From Myxococcota bacterium (GTDB taxonomy: Bacteria > Myxococcota_A > UBA9160 > PR03): a stretch of DNA of 64,000 nt. The notes beneath the pieces were generated by a model. It made no database searches, had not been told where the DNA came from, and saw nothing but the letters and a program-made list of their open reading frames with translations. Shown here piece after piece: positions 57,561 through 64,000 of the stretch (position 1 is its first letter; every line of letters begins with the position of its first letter). The translations under genes were made by a program, and so were the position numbers. Location of the stretch: contig JBFIML010000010.1 in assembly GCA_041611735.1 (NCBI GenBank), forward strand, positions 26,200-90,199, in the 5' to 3' direction.

Positions 57561-58481
57561 GTGCCGCGTCTCGTGTGGCCGCGTGCGCTCCGGCCCGGCG
57601 GAACCATCGGCATCGCCGCGCCGGCCGGGGCCGTGGATCCGGAGCGGCTGGCGGCGGGGGAGGCGCGCCTGCGCGCGGCAGGCTTCCGCACCGTGCGCCG
57701 CGACGACGTGCTCGAGCGTTGCGGCTACCTGGCGGGCGACGACCCGCGGCGGGCCCGGGAGTTCATGCACCTCGTGGGCGACGAGAAGGTGGACGCGATC
57801 CTCTGCGCGCGGGGCGGGTACGGCTGCGACCGGATCCTCCCGCTGCTCGACCCGGCCCGCGTGCGCGCGGCACGCAAGCCCCTGGTGGGCTACAGCGACG
57901 TGACGGCGCTGCTGCTCTGGCAGCGGCGCCGTGCCGGGCTGGCCGGATTCCACGGGCCCATGCTCGAACGCGAGGCGGGCCCCGCCGCCGACGAGCTCGA
58001 GGCGCTGGTCCGCGCGCTCACGGGCACGGCGCCCGAGCCCGTGGTCCGGCGCGGGCGGCCCGGGGCCGGAGGGCGGGTCGAGGGGCGCCTGACCGGCGGC
58101 TCCCTCACCATGGTGGCCGCCAGCCTGGGAACGCCCTGGGAGGTGGACACGCGCGGCGCCGTCCTGCTGCTCGAGGAAGTGGGAGAGCGCCCCTACCGGC
58201 TCGATCGCCTGATGCAGCAGCTTCGCGCCTCCGGAAAGCTCGAAGCCGCTGCCGGGGTGGGGCTCGGTGCCTTCGTACGCTGCGACGAGTCCGACCCGGG
58301 CTACCCGAGCGGGGCCGAGGTGCTCGAGGAATGCCTGCGGGCCGTGGGCGTGCCGTGGGTGTCCGGACTCCCCTTCGGCCACGCGCACCCGAACCTGGCC
58401 TGGCCCGTGGGTGCCCGGGCCCGGCTCGACGGGCGGAGTGGGGAGCTGCACATTCTGGACGCGGGGGTCGTGAAGCGCTGA
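57561..58481 (+). CDS. ldcA: LD-carboxypeptidase (S66)
   Basis: ARGGYG, GYSDVT, HGPM, LLEEVGERPYRLDR and PFGH motifs. Confidence 0.92.
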   Translation: MPRLVWPRALRPGGTIGIAAPAGAVDPERLAAGEARLRAAGFRTVRRDDVLERCGYLAGDDPRRAREFMHLVGDEKVDAILCARGGYGCDRILPLLDPARVRAARKPLVGYSDVTALLLWQRRRAGLAGFHGPMLEREAGPAADELEALVRALTGTAPEPVVRRGRPGAGGRVEGRLTGGSLTMVAASLGTPWEVDTRGAVLLLEEVGERPYRLDRLMQQLRASGKLEAAAGVGLGAFVRCDESDPGYPSGAEVLEECLRAVGVPWVSGLPFGHAHPNLAWPVGARARLDGRSGELHILDAGVVKR

Positions 58482-58482
58482 C

Positions 58483-59640
58483 ATGAGGCGAGGCCGGATC
58501 CAGCGCAAGCTCGCGCGCATCGATCGCGTCCTCGAGAAGGCGATCGCGGACGCCGAGATTCCCGGAGCGGTGGTGCTGGCGTGCATGTCGCGCGAGGGCG
58601 AGCTGCTGGAGCAGCTGTCCGTGGCGGGTCATGCCGCGTTGCGGCCCGAGCGCATCCCCATGAACCGCGACACCGTCTTCGACCTGGCCTCCTTGACCAA
58701 GCCCCTGGCCACGGCCACGGCGCTCCTGCTCCTGGTGCACGAGCGGGTCCTGGATCTCGACGATCCGGTTGCGAAGCACCTGCCGGCCTTCGGCGAACGC
58801 GACAAGGAGCGTGTCACGATCCGCCATCTCCTGACGCACTCCTCGGGGCTCAAGCCCTGGCGTCCCTTCCACGAGGCGCTGCTCGAGCGCGAGCGCAAGC
58901 GCGGAGAGCAGATCCTGGCCACGCCGGCCGCCCGTGAGGCGATCCTGGAGCGCATCTTCCGCTCGGCGCTGGTGCACGACCCGGGTAGCGCCGCCGTCTA
59001 CGGAGACCTGGACTTCATCGTGCTGGGAGCGCTGGTGGAGGAGGTGACGGGCCAGGGCCTGGACGCCTTCTGCGCCGCGCGCATCTTCCGCCCCCTCGGC
59101 CTGGAGAACACCCGCTTCCTGCCGCTCGAGGACCGGGCGAGCCCCCTGGCCGAGGCCGAGCGCCGGCGCTTCGCGGCCACCGAGAACTGCCCCTGGCGCA
59201 AGCGCATCCTCCAGGCCGAGGTGCACGACCCGAACGCCTGGGCCCTGGGCGGCGTGGCGGGCCACGCGGGCCTCTTCGCTCCGGCCGACGACGTGCTGCG
59301 CTTCGCCCGCACGATCCTCGACGTCTGGCACGGCCGCAGCGAGGCGCTCCCGGCAGAGACCCTGCGCAGCTTCCTGACCCGTCAGGAGCTTCCGCCGGGC
59401 TCCGACTGGGCGCTCGGCTGGGACACGCCCAGCGAGGGCGGGTCCTCCTCGGGCCGGTACTTCTCCCGGCAGTCCGTCGGGCATCTGGGCTTCACGGGCA
59501 CGTCCCTCTGGATCGACCTGGAGCGCGAGGCCGTCGTGGTGCTGCTCACGAACCGCGTGCACCTGGTGGCCAAGAAGAGCCCGTTCAAGCTGCGGGCCCG
59601 GATCCACGATCTCCTCCTCGAGGGGTTCCTGGCCGAATGA
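58483..59640 (+). CDS. Serine hydrolase, beta-lactamase/AmiE-like family
   Basis: FDLASLTK (SxxK), LLTHSSG, VHDPNA..GHAGLF, GHLGFTGTS and LTNRVH motifs. Confidence 0.9.
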   Translation: MRRGRIQRKLARIDRVLEKAIADAEIPGAVVLACMSREGELLEQLSVAGHAALRPERIPMNRDTVFDLASLTKPLATATALLLLVHERVLDLDDPVAKHLPAFGERDKERVTIRHLLTHSSGLKPWRPFHEALLERERKRGEQILATPAAREAILERIFRSALVHDPGSAAVYGDLDFIVLGALVEEVTGQGLDAFCAARIFRPLGLENTRFLPLEDRASPLAEAERRRFAATENCPWRKRILQAEVHDPNAWALGGVAGHAGLFAPADDVLRFARTILDVWHGRSEALPAETLRSFLTRQELPPGSDWALGWDTPSEGGSSSGRYFSRQSVGHLGFTGTSLWIDLEREAVVVLLTNRVHLVAKKSPFKLRARIHDLLLEGFLAE

Positions 59641-61091
59641 ACCAGCCGCAGCACGTCCATTTCGTGGCCATCGGCGGGACCGGCATGGGGTCCCTGGCCG
59701 GGCTGCTGGCCGCCCGCGGCATCCGCGTCACCGGCTCGGATCGCGAGCTGTACCCGCCCATGAGCACGATGCTCGAGCGCTGGGGCATCCCCGTGAAGCT
59801 CGGCTTCTCGCCCGAGAACGTGCTGGCCGAGCAGCCGGATCTCGTGGTGATCGGAAACGCCGTGCGGCCCGACAACCCCGAGGCGCAGGCGGTTCTGGAG
59901 CAGGGCATCCCCCACCTCTCGTTTCCGGACGCCCTCTACACCCTGGCCATGCAGGGCAAGCACCCGGTCGTGGTGACCGGGACCCACGGCAAGACCACCA
60001 CCACCAGCCTGGTGGCGTTCCTGCTCTCCGCCACCGGGCGTGACCCATCCTTCCTGGTCGGAGGCATCGCGCTCGATTTCGAGACGAGCTTCCGGGAGGG
60101 TCGCGGTCCGCACTTCGTGGTGGAGGGCGACGAGTACGACACGGCCTTCTTCGACAAGACGCCGAAGTTCCTCCATTACCACCCGGATACCCTGGTGCTC
60201 ACCTCCATCGAGTTCGACCACGCCGACATCTACCGGGATCTCGAGCACGTGAAGAGCGCCTTCCGGGAGCTCGTGGAGCGCATGCCCAGCGACGGGACCC
60301 TCGTCGCGGCCGTGGCCCATGCAAACGTGGGCGAGCTGGTGCGCGAGGCTCCCTGCCGGGTGGTGGGCTATGCGGTGCAGGCAGACGGGGGCGAGGTGAC
60401 GGGCCCGGACCTGGCCGCCGCCTGGTGGGCCACGAACCTGGAGGCGGACCCGGACGGCACCCGCTTCCAGCTGCACGTGGCCGGGCGCGACCCCTTGGCG
60501 GTGCGCATCCCGCTCCACGGGCGCTTCAACGTGGAGAACGCGGTGGCGGCCCTGGCCACGCTGCGTGTCCTGGGCGTTCCCCTGGGCGAGGCGGTGACCG
60601 CCCTCGAGTGCTTCCGGGGCGTGCGCCGCCGCCAGGAGGTGCGCGGCGAGGCGGCGGGCGTCGTCGTGGTCGACGACTTCGCCCACCATCCCACCGCGGT
60701 GCGCGGCAGCATCCAGGCCCTGCGCGCGCGCTTCTCGGGGCGGCGCCTGATCGCCGTCCTCGAGCCGCGCACCAATACGAGCCGCCGGCGCCTCTTCCAG
60801 GACGACTACGCAGACACCCTGGCGGGAGCGGACCGCATCGTGATCTCGATCGTCCCGGACGAGCCGATCTACAGCGCCACCGGGGAGGTCACCCAGCGCC
60901 TCGACGCTCCCGCCCTGGCCGCGGAGCTGCGCCGGCGCGGGCGCGACGCCGCGGCCCTTCCCGGCGCGGATGCCATCGTGGACGACCTCGCCGCGACCTG
61001 CCAGGCCGGCGACGTGGTCCTCGTGATGAGCAACGGCTCGTTCGGCGGGATCTGGGACAAGCTCCTGGAGCGACTTCGCGCCCGCGGCTAG
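59637..61091 (+). CDS. mpl: Murein peptide ligase (Mpl, MurC-like)
   Basis: IGGTGMG, YPPMS, GTHGKTTT, EGDEYDTAFFDK, DDFAHHPTA, EPRTNT and MSNGSFGG motifs. Confidence 0.93.
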   Translation: MNQPQHVHFVAIGGTGMGSLAGLLAARGIRVTGSDRELYPPMSTMLERWGIPVKLGFSPENVLAEQPDLVVIGNAVRPDNPEAQAVLEQGIPHLSFPDALYTLAMQGKHPVVVTGTHGKTTTTSLVAFLLSATGRDPSFLVGGIALDFETSFREGRGPHFVVEGDEYDTAFFDKTPKFLHYHPDTLVLTSIEFDHADIYRDLEHVKSAFRELVERMPSDGTLVAAVAHANVGELVREAPCRVVGYAVQADGGEVTGPDLAAAWWATNLEADPDGTRFQLHVAGRDPLAVRIPLHGRFNVENAVAALATLRVLGVPLGEAVTALECFRGVRRRQEVRGEAAGVVVVDDFAHHPTAVRGSIQALRARFSGRRLIAVLEPRTNTSRRRLFQDDYADTLAGADRIVISIVPDEPIYSATGEVTQRLDAPALAAELRRRGRDAAALPGADAIVDDLAATCQAGDVVLVMSNGSFGGIWDKLLERLRARG

Positions 61092-61171
61092 GCGCCGGAC
61101 TGCATGCCTCCGCTCGTCGGGCGGCGTGCTAGCGTCGGGACGGCGGGCTGCGGAGTCCTGGAGTGCCGAGC

Positions 61172-61555
61172 ATGACGCGAATCTTCCTCGGCTTGTCCGC
61201 CCTGGTCTGGCTTCCATACGGGCTCTTCTGCTTCTTCCAGCCGGGCTATCTCGAGCAGGCGGCGGGCGTGGTGTCGGCCACGCGCACCGGAACCATCGAG
61301 CTCCGGGCCATGTACGGGGGGCTGCAGGCCGCCCTCGGTGCGCTGGCGGCCGCCGGGGCGCTTCGCCCGGCGCTGGCGCGCCACGCGCTGGTGAGCCTGG
61401 CCGTGGTGTGCGGGGGACTGGGTGTGGCGCGCGGGTGCGCCGCCCTGGCCGTGGGCGCGGCGTCCGGCTACACGGCGTTCGCGCTGGGCTTCGAGTGGAC
61501 ATCCGCGGCCCTGGCCGCCTGGCTCCTGGCGCGAAGACCGGGAGAGCGGCGATGA
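61172..61555 (+). CDS. Small four-helix membrane protein (DUF4345-like)
   Basis: Four hydrophobic segments and an ELRAMYGG motif. Confidence 0.75.
   Translation: MTRIFLGLSALVWLPYGLFCFFQPGYLEQAAGVVSATRTGTIELRAMYGGLQAALGALAAAGALRPALARHALVSLAVVCGGLGVARGCAALAVGAASGYTAFALGFEWTSAALAAWLLARRPGERR
61552..61552 (+). other. ATGA translational coupling between the membrane-protein gene and the methyltransferase
   Basis: ATG at 61552 overlaps the TGA at 61553-61555. Confidence 0.6.
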
Positions 61556-62265
61556 AGCGGTCGGATCGCGACCTCCTCGACACCCAGATCGCGTACTACC
61601 GGGCTCGCGCGCCCGAGTACGACGAATGGTTCTTCCGCCTCGGGCGCTACGATCACGGCGAGGCCCACAAGCGAGCGTGGTTTTCCGAGCTGGCCCGGGT
61701 GGAGGCGGCGCTCGGCGAGGCGCGGCCCGCGGGCCGGGTGCTGGAGCTGGCGTGCGGAACGGGACTCTGGACGCGCCACCTGGCCCGCACGGCCGCATCC
61801 GTCACCGCCGTCGATGCCTCGCCCGAGGTCCTGGAGACGAATCGACGCCGGGTGGCCTCGCCCCAGGTGGAGTACGTCCAGGCCGACTTGTTCGACTGGG
61901 AGCCCCGAGCGCCCTTCGACTTCGTCTTCTTCGGCTTCTGGCTCTCGCACGTTCCCCCTCCGCGCTTCGAGGAGTTCTGGGCGGGCGTGCGCCAGGCGCT
62001 GCGACCCGGCGGCCGCGTCTTCTTCGTGGACAACGCCCGCAACCCTGCCGTCGCAGCTGCAGATCATGCGCTTCCCGCTTCCGGCAGCTTCGTGATGGAG
62101 CGGCGGCTGAACGACGGGCGCCACTTCCGGGTCGTGAAGGTTTTCTACGAGCCCGAGGCGCTCCGAGTGCAGCTCGAGTCACTCGGCTGGCGTGGCCGGG
62201 TCCGCTCCTCCGGCCAGTTCTTCGTGTACGGCAGCCTGACCGCCCGGCCCGCGACAGGCTGCTAG
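61552..62265 (+). CDS. Class I SAM-dependent methyltransferase
   Basis: YYRARAPEYD, VLELACGTGLWT, VTAVDAS and FGFWLSHVP motifs. Confidence 0.92.
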   Translation: MKRSDRDLLDTQIAYYRARAPEYDEWFFRLGRYDHGEAHKRAWFSELARVEAALGEARPAGRVLELACGTGLWTRHLARTAASVTAVDASPEVLETNRRRVASPQVEYVQADLFDWEPRAPFDFVFFGFWLSHVPPPRFEEFWAGVRQALRPGGRVFFVDNARNPAVAAADHALPASGSFVMERRLNDGRHFRVVKVFYEPEALRVQLESLGWRGRVRSSGQFFVYGSLTARPATGC

Positions 62266-62277
62266 GCTTCGCCGATC

Positions 62278-63414
62278 ATGGCGGAGTCGCATGCCCTCGA
62301 TTTCCTGGTCCGGCGGGAGGACCTGCGCCAATGCCGCGTCGCGCCCGCCGCCGAGTCCGACGCGAGCCGGCTCGAGCCGGGCCAGGCCCTGCTGCGGGTC
62401 CACCGTTTCGGCTTCACGGCCAACAACGTGACCTACGCGGTGGTGGGTGAGTCCATGCGCTACTGGGAGTTCTTCCCGGCACCGGCAGGCTGGGGGCGGG
62501 TCCCCGTGTGGGGCTTCGGCGACGTGCTGCGGTCGCGACACGAGCGGGTGGCCGAAGGCGAACGCGTCTTCGGCTACCTTCCCCCGTCGACCCACCTCGT
62601 GGTCCGGCCCGACCGGGCTGGACCCGCCGGGTTCGTGGACGCCTCGCCGCACCGCGCGGCGCTGCCCCCCGTCTACAATCAGTACGTGCGCGTCGCCAGC
62701 GACCCCAGCTACGAGCCCGGCCACGAAGCCGAGCAGATGCTGCTGCGTCCTCTCTTCGTGACCTCCTTCCTGCTCGAGGACTTCCTGGCGGCAGAGGACT
62801 TCTTCGGCGCCCGCACCGTGCTGGTCTCCAGCGCATCGAGCCGGACCGCCATCGCACTGGCGTTCCTGCTCTCCCGCAACCGCACCGGGGAGTGCGAGGT
62901 GGTGGGACTCACCTCGCCCGGGAACGTCGAGTTCGTGGAGGGCCTCGGGTGCTACGACCGCGTGGTGCCGTATGCCGAGATCGCTTCGCTGCCCGCCGAC
63001 CGGCCGGTGGTGATCGCCGACATGGCCGGCAATGCCGAGCTGCGGGGCGCGCTGCACCGCCACTTCGGCGATCGGGTGAAGCACAGCGCCCTGGTGGGGA
63101 TCACCCATTGGGAGCGCACGGATGGGGCGCAGGAGGACCTGCCCGGCGCCCCGCCGAGCTTCTTCTTCGCACCCACCCAGATCCAGAAGCGCGACCGGGA
63201 GTGGGGCCCGGGCGAGGTCCAGAGCCGCATCGCCCGGGCCTGGCGGCCCTTCGTGGCGTTCACGGCTGGCTGGCTCCGTATCGTGCCCGGGCGGGGCCCG
63301 GCCGCCCTGGAGCGGGTCTACCGGCAGGTGCTGGAGGGGCGCTCCCGTCCCGACGAGGGTCACGTCCTGTCGCTGTGGGAGGGCGGGGACGACGAACCGG
63401 GCGGGAGTCGCTAG
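62278..63414 (+). CDS. DUF2855 family protein
   Basis: FTANNVTYA..YWEFFP, PVWGF, RPLFVTSF, SSASSRTA and FFFAP motifs. Confidence 0.85.
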   Translation: MAESHALDFLVRREDLRQCRVAPAAESDASRLEPGQALLRVHRFGFTANNVTYAVVGESMRYWEFFPAPAGWGRVPVWGFGDVLRSRHERVAEGERVFGYLPPSTHLVVRPDRAGPAGFVDASPHRAALPPVYNQYVRVASDPSYEPGHEAEQMLLRPLFVTSFLLEDFLAAEDFFGARTVLVSSASSRTAIALAFLLSRNRTGECEVVGLTSPGNVEFVEGLGCYDRVVPYAEIASLPADRPVVIADMAGNAELRGALHRHFGDRVKHSALVGITHWERTDGAQEDLPGAPPSFFFAPTQIQKRDREWGPGEVQSRIARAWRPFVAFTAGWLRIVPGRGPAALERVYRQVLEGRSRPDEGHVLSLWEGGDDEPGGSR

Positions 63415-63755
63415 TCCGGGCGGAACGTGCCGCGCAGCAGCGCGCGACCGTGGTAGCGGATCTCGGCGATGCTCCCGTTGCGCACGGCCGGCACCTCCCG
63501 TCCGTCCCGGCTGCTGAGCTCGACCCGGCCTCGCCTGCTCCTCACCTCGACTTCGCACACGGACGTGGCGTCGATCACGACCGCGACGCGGGCCCCATCC
63601 GGGACGTCCACGCCCCGGAAGGTGATCTCGAGCTTCTCCTCGCCGTCCTCGAACCGCTTGCGCTCGAGCTCGCCCTTCTCCACCCGGAAGAAGCGCGGCA
63701 AGGGGACCTTGTACAGATCGGCCTCGAACTCCTCGATCTTTCGCCGCCAAGCCAT
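63411..63755 (-). CDS. Hypothetical protein (114 aa, beta-rich)
   Basis: GGAGG RBS and protein-like composition. Confidence 0.65.
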   Translation of the reverse strand: MAWRRKIEEFEADLYKVPLPRFFRVEKGELERKRFEDGEEKLEITFRGVDVPDGARVAVVIDATSVCEVEVRSRRGRVELSSRDGREVPAVRNGSIAEIRYHGRALLRGTFRPD

Positions 63756-63866
63756 GCCTCCGGCATCGGCAGGACGCGGTCCCGCTTGAGCGGCTCGAAG
63801 GGCCGCTTCCAGCGCATGGAGCCTGACGATGGCGCGCGGAACCCGAGGGGCTGCGCGCGGCGAGGG

Positions 63867-64000
63867 CTACTTGCCGCTCTCGTACTTGAAGGAGACCTTG
63901 ACTTTCGCCCGGTACAGGCGCACGCGCCCGTCCTCGAGCTGCAGGTCCAGCTCCTTCACCTCCGCGATCCGCAGATCCCGCAAGCTCTTCGAAGCCTGCT
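63867..64000 (-). CDS. Dodecin family protein, 5'-truncated by the window edge
   Basis: Not in the ORF track. Minus frame reads QASKSLRDLRIAEVKELDLQLEDGRVRLYRAKVKVSFKYESGK*, the dodecin C-terminal pattern. Confidence 0.85.
   Translation of the reverse strand, partial: QASKSLRDLRIAEVKELDLQLEDGRVRLYRAKVKVSFKYESGK

Overview
A 64 kb, very GC-rich, gene-dense chromosomal window from a diderm bacterium (lolA, bamD, lgt). A TIGR02266-type PilZ protein, DUF1844, and the recA-pilT-alaS and ispE-tRNA-Gln-prs-rplY-pth gene orders suggest a Myxococcota/deltaproteobacteria-like organism; this placement is an inference. Most of the window is housekeeping: class II ribonucleotide reductase, ETF-QO, ssb, ftsK-lolA, mltG-ruvX, pgpA-cinA-thpR-recA, pilT, alaS, long-form ispG, ispE, tRNA-Gln, prs, ribosomal proteins, nhaA, pdxR-pdxST, dnaB and a peptidoglycan-recycling cluster. 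The standout is a complete actinobacterial-type Pup-proteasome operon (arc-dop-pup[GGQ]-prcB-prcA-pafA, 19401-25984). Its Pup is N-terminally extended, and where actinobacteria carry pafBC it has a coupled membrane coiled-coil gene and a solitary mreB. Smaller observations include a perfect CRP box, phased operator repeats, candidate leaderless promoters, an IMPase-family protein lacking its WD motif, an orphan oxidoreductase fragment, and extended S6/S18 proteins. No CRISPR array, rRNA, integrase or transposase was seen. All calls rest on motif recognition by eye; no searches were run.
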